Part shown: positions 10,545-20,381 of the stretch, piece after piece | Numbering within the stretch: the first letter of the stretch is position 1 | How the letters are laid out: each line of letters begins with the position of its first letter | Origin: Methanocaldococcus jannaschii DSM 2661 | GTDB lineage: Archaea; AGJL01; Methanococci; Methanococcales; Methanocaldococcaceae | DNA: 32,000 nt | Reading direction: 5' to 3' | Assembly (NCBI RefSeq): GCF_000091665.1 | Contig: NC_000909.1 | Coordinates: 293,538 to 325,537 of the forward strand | Translations under genes and position numbers: made by a program | Notes under the pieces: generated by a model | Seen by the model: only the letters and a program-made list of their open reading frames with translations | Told to the model about the DNA's origin: nothing | Database searches by the model: none

Positions 10545-10774
10545 ATGATTTAACAGCCTAACAGAGCTTTTTTGATATAGTCCAGTATTAAACTAATGTT
10601 ATTTTAAACTTATACTCTAACAAAATTTTAGAGGACTATGATTTTTTAAGTTGTGCATAACTGGACTAAAATTTGATACGGTAAGATATTGATGAATTTG
10701 AAGATAAAAATATAATTGCTTATAAAAAATATGAAAGTGAAACCCCCCGCAACCCTCCGAAACCATTGTCAATT

Positions 10775-11215
10775 TTAAAGGTCAATGTCATCAGCCCCCT
10801 CTTTATCTTCAGTAAGTTGCAATAGCTCCTTCATCTCTCTTATGGCCATAACTAAATTCCTACCAGCAACTTCTTTTTCCCTCGCTGTTGCCTTTGGATT
10901 TTCCAAATCTTTTTTTGCGGTTTTAATCATTGTAAATAAACCTTCCAAAGCCAATCCAAAATTATTCGCAATCTCCTTATACATTTTTGAGTAAATTTCG
11001 GTAGTTTCTTCTTCTATTGCTTCAAGTAGCTGAGGCTTTACATGGTTTTGCATGTGCCTTAAAATCGCACTGTATGAGATGTCTTCGTTATACTTTTCTT
11101 TTAAATATTTTGATATTTTTTTAGCTCCCCAGCCCTGGAAATATAATGCTTCTATCTCAGCCCTGTGTGGAGAGTTGCAGACTTTACATAATTTATTATT
11201 TGTATTATTTGGCAT
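10775..11215 (-). CDS. Putative small terminase subunit-like DNA-binding protein
   Basis: N-terminal Cys pair CKVC, HTH-like [38 protein letters not shown], helical acidic C-terminus; in an operon with portal and TerL. Confidence 0.55.
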
Positions 11216-11216
11216 T

Positions 11217-13067
11217 TTAATCCCTCACAGGTGTTATTGTGCATCTACAACCGTATCCTAATGGTGGCACTAATTCAGGTCTTTCAGCAGGTACAAAGAT
11301 GAGCCCATGCAGTTTTCTATGGCTTGGTCTAACTCTTTCATCTTTCATTGTGACATATATTACCTTGTCATTCCAGAACCTTCTCGCTCTTGTCAGATTA
11401 TAGGTTTTGTTCATCTCCTCACGAGCCCTCATCTGCAATCTTGAACCCTTAACATCTTTTGCAACTTTTTTAAGATTCTTTGCAATTTCTTCTTCACCAA
11501 GTCCTTTTTGAATTCCCTCTGTAAGAACATCAAGGAACTGTTGGCTATATGATGAATATATGTTGTAGAATGCCTGTTCCCAATGTTGTTTTAGTATATC
11601 AATAGTTTGCTGGTCTAAGTCATCATATATCTTCAATGAATTGAGTGTAGGGGCTACGTAGTCAAGGAAGAACATATCCACTTCTTCTCGAGTGAATTCC
11701 CTTAATAATTCATCCCAATCTTGCATAAGTTCGTTATATCCAAGCCTTTCATACGTTTCAAGTATCCAATTTACAAAATTTTCCATTGATTTTTTGCCGA
11801 ACTTATCTCCCACTTTTTCTAATTTGCTGATTATTTTTTCCAAACTTTTACGCTTTTTTTCTAATAATTTTTGTTTTTCTTCATCTGCGTATTCTAAACC
11901 TCCTTTACCCTCTTTTGCCATTTTCAATAGCTTCTCAACTTCTTTTTCAGTTAAATCAGGATATGCCGCAAGTATTTCTCCAAATTCATTGCTTGGGAAG
12001 ATTCTTTCAATCAATGCACTGAAGTCATATTTGGCTACCTGTTCTTGTGCCTTTAATTCTGCAACCATTTTTGCTTTTTGCAACATATTAATTTCCCAGT
12101 CAGGGTCTGGATTCGCAAATTTAACCCAGATGCCTTTGTATCCCATTTTTTCTAACTGGTCTGCAATCCATCTTTCAATTTCCTGCTGATACCCTTGAAC
12201 AATTCTTAATATGTTCCTATCTACAGTCCTTGATGTTGTGAGCTCCTGCCCAGATGCTTTTACAATACTAATTGAAGTCCCCAATCCCATGAATATGGCA
12301 CTGTCATAGTAATACAGCATTGTTTCTATCAAATCAGTTGGGATGTCTTTTCCTATGCTTATTGTTTCAAATTTTACTTCATCAGGAGTTGCAGGAATAT
12401 ATACTCTGGTTCTATTTTGGTGATTTGATAGTGCCTTTTTTATTATCTCTCCTGCTTTAGTGTTTTGAGTAATCCCTATAATTGTTGGGATTAGGGTTTT
12501 CTGAACCATGAGTGGCAATACTTTTAAAGCAAGTGTGTTTTTTTGGTCTGCAATCTCTTGGATTGTTTCATGTATTGGTATTGGATTGTAATATACTCCC
12601 AAATACTTTTCATCATAAAATTCAACATCCGCAGGAAAGTGTTGTCTTAGCTCCATTGGTGCAATTACAACCCTAACATCCTCTTCTGTATCAACTTCCC
12701 ACCATCTTTCGGCATTATTCCTTTTAATTGTGTATGTGATGCAATACTCATATCTTCCTTTTTGTGGATTCCAATGTTTCCTTTCCTTAAAGTTCATTGA
12801 ATTCGGATTGATGTAATGCAATTTGTAGAGGTAGCATTTTCCTTTCAGTAAAAAATCAGAAAATGCTAATTGTAAGTCCCTTATGTGTCTATCAATCAGT
12901 CCTGAAATCTCATCAATTACATCTTTGGATAGTTGCTTCCCATCAATTGATACTATTGAGTATGGTGTAAAGATTTGAGTGAATAAGATTCTCAATGCCA
13001 TATTTACAGCAGTATCTTTTGCTAAGTCAATACTAACAGTCTCCATTTGAATTTTATCATCTTCCAT
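11217..13067 (-). CDS. Portal protein fused to MuF-like phage head morphogenesis domain
   Basis: Portal-like N-terminal 450 aa ([12 protein letters not shown].. / [20 protein letters not shown] / [22 protein letters not shown]) and C-terminal [54 protein letters not shown] (MuF signature). Confidence 0.85.
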
Positions 13068-13076
13068 AGTATCACC

Positions 13077-14726
13077 TTAAAAGAAACTTCCAAACTCAAA
13101 TTCCTCAAATTCTTCTTCATCGTCAAACACTTGGCGGTATGAGTAATCCTCTTCATCAATTGCATTCACATTGTGGGTAATGCAATTATAGGCACTTGAG
13201 ACAACAGCATCTGCTAAGTCAGGACTACCTTCACCGAAATAGATTACTTTATCCCCATCTATTTGGTGTTGGAGGATTTGAGTTCTTAGTTTTTGCCAAA
13301 TATCTTCATTGCATCGAATTTCGATTTTTGCTTTTTTCCGTTTTACACCAGTTGCATCATAGTATTCTTTTGTCCCTTCTACGAGTTCTTGGAATGTTGT
13401 CCATAGTTTGACGTGTTTAGATAGCCTTTCACCTTTGAATTTTTGTATAAAATATTCACTTTGGAATCTGTCAAATGTGAATTTAACTGAAAAATGGTTT
13501 TGTAAATGATTGTAAAACTTCTCTAAACTTAAATAATCAATCTTATGTCCAAGCGTTGGAGTAAGAACAATAATGTCTGAAATTATAACCTTCCCTTTAT
13601 CGAAATAACTTATCGCAATTACGCCCTTATCTCTGTTAATCGCAAGGTCAGTATGGCAGTAAATGGTTTTATCTGTGCTTTGAAGTTGTTTAAACTCCAA
13701 TCTTATCAAATTGTTTTCATAAATTGCCCTCCATGTGAATAATCCCATTTCCACTTTATGCCTTGCTTCCAGAGCTTCTAAACTGATGAAATAAGCGTTC
13801 AATTCAGGAGGTTCGCATTCATACATACATCTTGCAAGGATTGGGTTCTTTTGGTATTGTGCTTTAAAGTCTTCTTTTGAAACCCTTGTATTCACTTCCC
13901 ATGTTTTCCCTTTGAATGTATATGCCTCATCGACTGCCTTATAATCAAGATATAATCTATATCCTACGTCATCTCTCGGATTTGGAGTTGGAAATCTTGT
14001 CCATGTGATTGCTACGACTCTTGCTTTATCTTTGAATCTTGACTTTGCAGAACTTAACCCTTGTTCAAATAATTGCTCTGCATTTTTAAAATCTGGGTCG
14101 CTTATCTCATCAGCTACAACGCATAGGGCATTCATCCCTTCAAATGATGTTGCTCTTGAGTGACCTGAGTGCATTGTTATTTTATCTCCTATCTCTGCTT
14201 TTGTTTCCAATACACATATAGGGGCTTTTTGTCTTTTTTTCTTATCTATCCCTATCATTTGCCATACTTTGCATTTAAGAAACCATGCTTTAAACTCTTT
14301 GAAAAAAACATTCTTTGCTAAATGGTCATTGGGGGCAACATTAACAAAATCAATTCTTGTGAATTTTTCATAATAATCTTCTACACAAGCTCGGAACATC
14401 ATATAATTGAACAATAATGAAACCATGAAGTCCTTACCGCCACCTTTTCCAATAATCAATATATTAATGGGATGTTCAACCATATTGAGTAATATTTCTT
14501 TCTGTTTTTCGGTTATTGTGTGCAAATCCATTGTTATTTCACAGAATTCTATAATATTTAATGATTTTAATTTGTCAATTAACTCATAGAATAGCGGAGG
14601 GAAGTTATGTTTATTCAGTTTTTGAGGTATGGGAATATCTAACTTTTTGCAGAGTTCTAAAAATATTTTTTTATTGAAAGTTTTCTTTTTGAGAGATTCT
14701 CTCACTAATTCGACGATATACATCAT
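13077..14726 (-). CDS. Large terminase subunit (TerL)
   Basis: ATPase: INILIIGKGGGKDFMVSLLF (divergent Walker A), ALCVVADEISD (Walker B). C-terminal nuclease part with TIYCHTDLAINRDKGVIAISYF and later acidic residues. Confidence 0.85.
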   Translation of the reverse strand: MMYIVELVRESLKKKTFNKKIFLELCKKLDIPIPQKLNKHNFPPLFYELIDKLKSLNIIEFCEITMDLHTITEKQKEILLNMVEHPINILIIGKGGGKDFMVSLLFNYMMFRACVEDYYEKFTRIDFVNVAPNDHLAKNVFFKEFKAWFLKCKVWQMIGIDKKKRQKAPICVLETKAEIGDKITMHSGHSRATSFEGMNALCVVADEISDPDFKNAEQLFEQGLSSAKSRFKDKARVVAITWTRFPTPNPRDDVGYRLYLDYKAVDEAYTFKGKTWEVNTRVSKEDFKAQYQKNPILARCMYECEPPELNAYFISLEALEARHKVEMGLFTWRAIYENNLIRLEFKQLQSTDKTIYCHTDLAINRDKGVIAISYFDKGKVIISDIIVLTPTLGHKIDYLSLEKFYNHLQNHFSVKFTFDRFQSEYFIQKFKGERLSKHVKLWTTFQELVEGTKEYYDATGVKRKKAKIEIRCNEDIWQKLRTQILQHQIDGDKVIYFGEGSPDLADAVVSSAYNCITHNVNAIDEEDYSYRQVFDDEEEFEEFEFGSFF

Positions 14727-15130
14727 CTCATCCTTTTAATGACTTTTTCCACGATTTTCGGTAAATCTTTTTGGACTTTTTTCAATGCGGGCTGTATAAA
14801 TGGTCTTGCTGGAATGTTCTTTTTCTTACTCCCAAATTCATGAACTCCAGCATACACCATGTTATTGAAAACTTTCACTTGCAAACCTTTTGAAGTGATT
14901 TTCACCTTACTATCTGTTGCTTTTAATAATGCTCCATGATAAATTAATCCTTTGGTGTTCCTACCTTCCTTTTCTTTCCTTTTTTGATAATCTTTGCTTA
15001 ATGGTTTCCATTTCAATTCTTTCTTCTGAAAACCCCTTTGTATATTGTCATCAACTTCAGCAACCAACTCTTTCTCAATCTCATGAGCCAACTCTTTTTT
15101 AAATTCCCGCACCCATTGTTTGTAGTCCAT
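14723..15130 (-). CDS. HK97 gp10-like / phage virion morphogenesis (neck or tail completion) protein
   Basis: GLIYHGALLKATDSKV...NNMVYAGVHEFGSKKKNIPARPFIQPALKKV; 'YA..HEFG..IPARPFI' is the family signature. Confidence 0.82.
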   Translation of the reverse strand: MDYKQWVREFKKELAHEIEKELVAEVDDNIQRGFQKKELKWKPLSKDYQKRKEKEGRNTKGLIYHGALLKATDSKVKITSKGLQVKVFNNMVYAGVHEFGSKKKNIPARPFIQPALKKVQKDLPKIVEKVIKRMR

Positions 15131-15134
15131 AAAA

Positions 15135-15467
15135 TCACTTCAATTTAAGTGGTTTTCCAGTTAGGATTAAAACTGCAACGTAAGCCCCCAATATTTGATG
15201 CCCATACGCCTCTGCAATATCCTCTTTTGTATATCCTTCACAAGCCAATTCTATGACTTTTAGATAGTTTAAAGTTCCATTTTCAAGCCCGTGTTTAATT
15301 GCCTTGTCTATTGCTGCAATAACTTCTTCTTTAATATCGTCTGGAACTCCAAAAGCAGAATTTATAACTCTCAGAATCCTATCATTTGCATCAGAGTTGC
15401 TTAAATTATGTGTGCGTTGGTTTTCTTTCTCATCTAATTTTTTCCATAAAGACATGCTAACCCCCAA
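15135..15467 (-). CDS. Hypothetical provirus protein
   Basis: 110-codon ORF in the operon; MGVSMSLWKKLDEKENQRTHNLSNSDANDRILRVINSAFG... Confidence 0.6.
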   Translation of the reverse strand: MGVSMSLWKKLDEKENQRTHNLSNSDANDRILRVINSAFGVPDDIKEEVIAAIDKAIKHGLENGTLNYLKVIELACEGYTKEDIAEAYGHQILGAYVAVLILTGKPLKLK

Positions 15468-15481
15468 TAAGTTTTATGAAT

Positions 15482-15880
15482 TCAATTAGAATCATCAACA
15501 ATTGTGATAATGCAGGAGGCAGAATCTTTGAAGCTATTACTACTCCTGCCAGAGATTCTATTGCCCTCATCAGGATGTAACGTTTTAGCTTTTTCTTTAA
15601 GTCTAATGATTGAGTTGTCTGTAGTTTCATCACTGCCCACTTTAATTTCCCTAACTCTTTGATGAGGAGGTTTGAAATAGTTAATAACATACGGCACAGC
15701 TTTTTTGCTAAGGACAGGTATATAGAGGAGAAAAAACAATAATGAGAAAATTCCAAAAACAGCTAAAGTCAATGCCATTGATTGGTATAGTTTTTTTAGA
15801 TAGAAAACTAATTCCAAAACACAAAACAATACTACAAATCCGATAACTGTTTGTTTGTCCATATTTTCACCATTCATCAA
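15482..15880 (-). CDS. Provirus membrane protein with two hydrophobic segments
   Basis: TVIGFVVLFCVLELVFYL and MALTLAVFGIFSLLFFLLYIPVL; in the operon. Confidence 0.6.
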   Translation of the reverse strand: MMNGENMDKQTVIGFVVLFCVLELVFYLKKLYQSMALTLAVFGIFSLLFFLLYIPVLSKKAVPYVINYFKPPHQRVREIKVGSDETTDNSIIRLKEKAKTLHPDEGNRISGRSSNSFKDSASCIITIVDDSN

Positions 15881-16157
15881 TTATTACCAATCGTTTTCCC
15901 GAAGCCTTTAGCAATTTTAAAACTGTTGAGATTCTTGGGTCCTGCAACTCATTATTTTTGATTTTGTGAAGTGTGCCTTTTCCAAGACCTGTTTCTTTAG
16001 AATACCTGTATATTGAACCTTCATTAACAATTTTGCTAAGCTCTTGCATCAATTGTTCAACGTTCTTTATTTCTTTCCCTTGAACGCCAATGATAAAAAT
16101 TGCCTGTTTTGAATCGGAGTCTGTCATCATGTTATCCCCGTATTTCTCTTTGTTCAA
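15867..16157 (-). CDS. HTH (XRE-like) transcriptional regulator, first gene of the leftward operon
   Basis: IYRYSKETGLGKGTLHKIKNNELQDPRISTVLKLLKASGKRLVII looks like a Cro/CI-type HTH. Confidence 0.65.
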   Translation of the reverse strand: MNKEKYGDNMMTDSDSKQAIFIIGVQGKEIKNVEQLMQELSKIVNEGSIYRYSKETGLGKGTLHKIKNNELQDPRISTVLKLLKASGKRLVIIDEW

Positions 16158-16177
16158 ACTTATATTTATACTTTATT

Positions 16178-16193
16178 TCACTTAAATGAAACA
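16178..16193. promoter_or_regulatory. Candidate operator palindrome in the divergent intergenic region
   Basis: TTTCACTTAAATGAAA, 14/16 self-complementary, between the HTH gene (-) and the rightward structural operon (+). Confidence 0.4.
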
Positions 16194-16266
16194 ATATTTA
16201 AATAATAGAAATGATAAAAATCTTTTTGGGGCTACCCCACTCTGCTATTTTGTTCAAAATTGTTAG

Positions 16267-16575
16267 GTGAGCAAAATGGGGTTATTCAAAAAAGAGAAAG
16301 ACAATGGTGTAATTGATGACTTAGTTCCTAAAAAAAGTGATTATGTTGAGAAGATTGCTCAAGAAGCTATAAGAAAAGACAAAGTTGATGCATTAGTTAG
16401 AAAACATGAGATGGAGCAGTTCTATCACGAAGTTTCTCAAAATGAGAAAATTGCAGAATTAAAAGCAGAATTAGCTAAGAAAGAAAAAGAAATCGAAGAA
16501 CTTAAAGAGGAGATTAGGGGCTTAAAAGGGAAAGCAGGAGGTCTTGGAATCGGAGGTAGCCAAGTTACAAGGTAA
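16267..16575 (+). CDS. Small coiled-coil protein, first gene of the rightward operon
   Basis: KIAELKAELAKKEKEIEELKEEIRGLKGK coiled coil; GGTGAG ribosome binding region. Confidence 0.6.
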   Translation: MSKMGLFKKEKDNGVIDDLVPKKSDYVEKIAQEAIRKDKVDALVRKHEMEQFYHEVSQNEKIAELKAELAKKEKEIEELKEEIRGLKGKAGGLGIGGSQVTR

Positions 16576-16638
16576 GGTTGAAGTTCTGGAAAAAATAATC
16601 TTAAAAAAACTCTAATTTTTTCTTTTTGAGGGAGAGAT

Positions 16639-17382
16639 ATGCAGTCAATATTCCTTCCAGTTTTAAATCCAACAACGATTGATGGGCAAGAAATAACTGA
16701 AGAGTGGATTAAAAAATACGGTCCTACGTTGAGGGGTAAGCCCGTCAATATTGACCATAATTATTATTCTAATGGAAATCTCGCAGTTGGGGACGTGGTT
16801 GATGTTTATTTTAATCCCGAGGGCAACCTCTATGCCCATATAAGAATCTTCGATGAGATTTATTGGCGTTTGGTAGATAATGGAATAAAAATCAAGGGAG
16901 TTTCTTTTGAATTTAACGATGATGGTGTTGGCGAAGAAGGTATTATGAAGGGCTTAGCTCTCTGCTTAGAGTCGGACCCGAAAGTAGATTTTGCGAGGTT
17001 GGTTGAAGGGAATTATGTTCTCGAAGTTTTGGCATCAATTAAGAGGGATAGTATGGACACTAAGACACAGGAAAAAACTGAACCTAAAAAAATTAAAGAC
17101 ATGACAGAAGAAGAATTTGAGAAGTTCTTACATGAGAAAATTGAGCAAATATTGGCTTCCCATAAAAAAGAAAATGAAGACAAGGATAAAAGCGACAATG
17201 AAGATGATAAGGTTGTTGAAATACTCGCTTCTAAAATGGATGAATTGGTTGCAGTGAATAAGTCAGTATTAAAACAGCTTGAAGAAATTAGGAAAGCCCA
17301 AAAGGAAATTCTCGCATCCGCACCAGTGCCTCCTTCTGGTTCTGGAAATTCGGGTCATAGAAGAGCGAATCTGGGATTATAA
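16639..17382 (+). CDS. Prohead maturation protease fused to scaffold-like coiled-coil domain
   Basis: GQEITEEWIKKYGPTLRGKPVNIDHNYYSNGNLAVGDV..., IKIKGVSFEFNDDG (XkdF/Mu-like protease pattern), then a long charged coiled-coil tail. Confidence 0.72.
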   Translation: MQSIFLPVLNPTTIDGQEITEEWIKKYGPTLRGKPVNIDHNYYSNGNLAVGDVVDVYFNPEGNLYAHIRIFDEIYWRLVDNGIKIKGVSFEFNDDGVGEEGIMKGLALCLESDPKVDFARLVEGNYVLEVLASIKRDSMDTKTQEKTEPKKIKDMTEEEFEKFLHEKIEQILASHKKENEDKDKSDNEDDKVVEILASKMDELVAVNKSVLKQLEEIRKAQKEILASAPVPPSGSGNSGHRRANLGL

Positions 17383-17391
17383 GGTGAGAAT

Positions 17392-17751
17392 ATGACTACT
17401 GAAAACATCATCTCTGGCATAGCAATTGCAGACCTCGCACCATACAGATTTGGAAAAATAACTTCAACTGGAATTGGATTTGGAACTTCAACAGTGAGTG
17501 ATGATAGCATATCAATAGATGCGGATGGAGTCATTATTAACAGCAGGGCGATTTACACAGCTGGAATGTATGTTGATTTAAAAGTTAATGGTGTTCAGAA
17601 AGTTGAAATTAAGGAAGGAGAATCAATAGCCCCAGGGGATTATGTTATTCCAAGCACTGATGGCAGTGGCAAGGCAGTTAAAAGCCCGATTAAGGCAGGG
17701 TTCAAAGTGGCATCTGTTGAGGGGAATTACTGCACTATTATTTTGAGATAG
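17392..17751 (+). CDS. Probable head decoration/stabilisation-like protein (DUF2190-like)
   Basis: Small beta-rich protein directly upstream of the capsid gene; ...[57 protein letters not shown]. Confidence 0.6.
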
Positions 17752-17758
17752 AGGTGAG

Positions 17759-18547
17759 ATGATGGCACTTAATGAGTATGATGCTCAAATTGTAGAGCAG
17801 GCAATGAAACCAATACTTGATTCAAACTTATTTTCAAGGAAAATTTTCCAAAAAAAGAAAATTCCTGAAGATGTGGAGGTTTATAATTTAGTTCAAGTTG
17901 TGTTTGATGAAAATGCGTTTAAAAAGGGTTCAATGGAATTGACAGAAGTTCCAATTAAGACAACAACCTCACCATTCACAGTATTTGACATTAATCTGAA
18001 AGTTACAAAAGCGAGGAGGTTTGTTGAAGGACCTAATGCTGACTATAATAAAGCACAAATTTTTGAAGGTCTCGCAAAGGTTGTGGCAAGGGCTGAAAAT
18101 CAATACTCAATTGATGCATTGAGTAAAAACAATACAGCAGTGGGTGCATCAGCATCATGGAATGGTGCAGATACCACTCCAGATAAAATAGCAAATGACA
18201 TCATAGATGCAAAAACAAAGATTGAGCAGTATTCAAATGCAAAATGTGCGTTAGTAGCTCCAGTTGATGCAATTGCATGTTTTAGGAAAATAGGAACTCA
18301 AGGTTTTAGTGCTTATGATGAAACAAAGGATTTCATTAAGGAAATCATCCCAACAAACTTAATCACTGATAAATCTGCATATTTAGTCCCAATTGATATT
18401 GCAATTCTTCAAATGGGAGTAGCTGTGGAGGCAGACCAATTTATTGAAAAGAAAGCGACTCAGGTTGAGTTTATATTTACAGAGGCAATAAGCCCTATGG
18501 TTAAGGAAAAGAATGGAATTATTAAGATTCAAAAAGTATTGGGATAA
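17759..18547 (+). CDS. Major capsid protein (HK97-fold, encapsulin/gp5-like)
   Basis: Position after protease and decoration genes; sequence pattern [54 protein letters not shown]...[41 protein letters not shown]. Confidence 0.75.
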
Positions 18548-18550
18548 TGC

Positions 18551-18865
18551 GTGATTTTTATGGTTGATGTTTCGGAAATTTTAGCGAAGATGAAGCCCCT
18601 CTTAGGAATGAGTGCTGATGAAGAATTTGCCAATCCTGAACAAGCAGAGGCATCTGCAAACTTAGCAATAAAAACATCCCAGGTTGAAGACGTTGATATT
18701 ATTGCCATATTGGCTTGCTATTACTACACTGAATCAAGGGATATGAAAACTGACGAAAACGTTTCAGTTATGGCTAATCACTTTTATAGAATGTATCAAA
18801 TTGCTATTGAGGAAGCAAAACAGAAGGAATTAAATGAAGAAGAGGGGGCGGTGTTCTTTGACTAA
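18551..18865 (+). CDS. Putative head-tail connector protein
   Basis: 104-codon helical protein immediately after the capsid gene, position-based. Confidence 0.5.
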
Positions 18866-19157
18866 CTATGCTAATGCAAAGGCGTTAGTTGAAAAAATAC
18901 TTGAAGATTTAAAAAACAATGGCATCAAAGTTAAATCTCCTTTATCCAAAATTCAGGACTTCCATTGTGAGGCGGATTTCTCAGTAGAGATTGAAAATAG
19001 AGTTGCTTATGTAGATGCAACATTTACTTTTGATAAATTACCAAATGAGGATTTAGTAGAGAAAATTGAAGCAGTTATGACGACATATAACTCTTATTTG
19101 GAAAGAATTGACTTTGAAAGCGATTATACTAAGTTAGAGTTTAGGAGCGTGAGATAA
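18834..19157 (+). CDS. Putative head-tail joining / tail terminator protein
   Basis: Small ORF between connector and tail-tube genes; translationally coupled. Confidence 0.45.
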
Positions 19158-19861
19158 TGGTGCTATCACTTACTCCACCAAGCCAAGAAAATATTTTGGC
19201 AAGTGGAAAGTTGGCATATTTTGGTGCAAAATCACAGGTTGATACTTTTACAGGAGATGAGCAAAATGATACGTTTGAATTAACAAAAGATGATGCGGTT
19301 CTCGGTTCGGAGATTGTTAAAGTAAATGGTGTTTTGCAGTTCGAAGGGCAAGATTATACAGCAATCCATGAAAATGGAATTTTGAAGAAAATTAAATTCA
19401 CACAGCCACCAGCAAATGGTGCATCAATTACAGTTGAATATCTCTATTTGGACTTACCTCTCGGAGGAGCTTCAGAATTATCCGTAAAAGAGGATAAGGA
19501 TAAAGAAGAGCTGACTGTGGATTGCAGTTATGGGAAGATTCAAATCGAAAAGGGTTCAAGCATAACATTATCATTCAAAGATATCATCACCGTTGGAGAC
19601 ATTAAGCTTACTGCTTATTTCTCAGGGGAGATTCTTGAAGGCAACACATACTCAAAATACAAAAATGGAGCTTCAAAAAGTGCAAACATTGTTGTTCTTG
19701 CATTTTCTAAAGAAGCTACGATGGCTTATGGAGTTGAACCTCCAAAGAGGATTGTTATAATAAGGGGAGCGATGCCTAACAATCTGGAGTTTGACTGGAG
19801 TGGTGGGAGTAAGTCATTTGATTTGACGGCCCAAAGTTATGAGATTATCGACGTTAAATAA
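19157..19861 (+). CDS. Putative major tail (tube) protein
   Basis: Beta-rich 234 aa directly upstream of the tail assembly chaperone; coupled start. Confidence 0.55.
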   Translation: MVLSLTPPSQENILASGKLAYFGAKSQVDTFTGDEQNDTFELTKDDAVLGSEIVKVNGVLQFEGQDYTAIHENGILKKIKFTQPPANGASITVEYLYLDLPLGGASELSVKEDKDKEELTVDCSYGKIQIEKGSSITLSFKDIITVGDIKLTAYFSGEILEGNTYSKYKNGASKSANIVVLAFSKEATMAYGVEPPKRIVIIRGAMPNNLEFDWSGGSKSFDLTAQSYEIIDVK

Positions 19862-19870
19862 GGTGATTAA

Positions 19871-20233
19871 ATGGATAAAAATGAATTTTTAAAAAAATTA
19901 GATGAGAAGTTTAAGGAATCAGAACAAAAGAATCTTGAAGCATTAGAAAAAATAAGGTCTAATCTCCCTCAATTAGAAATTGAGATATTTGGAGAGAAAC
20001 TCACAGCTATAATTCCACCATTATCAGTTGAAAAAGAAATGATTGAAGATGCAAAGAACCTGGAGCCTTTAGATTTTGCATTAAAATACATTCCAATTTT
20101 ATATGGTATTCCAAAAGAGAAAGTTGAGGAATTACCTTCGATTGTTATTGCAGAACTCATCAAAAAGTACTTTGAAGCTTATAAGCAGTTAAACAAGGAT
20201 AAATCCTTTCGCAATAGAGTGGGCACTAAGTGA
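19871..20233 (+). CDS. Tail assembly chaperone, short (G-like) form
   Basis: Helical, acidic, between tail tube and tape measure genes; ends at TGA 20231-20233. Confidence 0.65.
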   Translation: MDKNEFLKKLDEKFKESEQKNLEALEKIRSNLPQLEIEIFGEKLTAIIPPLSVEKEMIEDAKNLEPLDFALKYIPILYGIPKEKVEELPSIVIAELIKKYFEAYKQLNKDKSFRNRVGTK

Positions 20234-20381
20234 TGATGCAACAGAGCTTTATTTTGTTTGTAAATTTTTAAGAATCCCCCCGAGTGAAGCGATAAAGCTA
20301 AATAAGATGGATTACAATATAATATTAGGATTTGCAATTAGAGAAATGAAAGATAAGTTAAAATATGGGGGGATTCTATGA
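20193..20381 (+). CDS. Out-of-frame extension (T-like domain) of the tail assembly chaperone, expected from ribosomal frameshift
   Basis: Frame opens after TAA 20190-20192 and reads TRINPFAIEWALSDDATELYFVCKFLRIPPSEAIKLNKMDYNIILGFAIREMKDKLKYGGIL*. No usable start until ATG 20308; its stop overlaps (ATGA) the next gene's start. Confidence 0.65.
   Translation, partial: TRINPFAIEWALSDDATELYFVCKFLRIPPSEAIKLNKMDYNIILGFAIREMKDKLKYGGIL

Noticed and set aside
16210-16235. GGGGCTACCCC near the divergent region considered as a second att site because minus-strand GGGGTAGCC matches the tRNA-Ser 5' part
   Set aside because: Only about 9 bp match and it does not extend into the tRNA 3' end, the usual attachment core.
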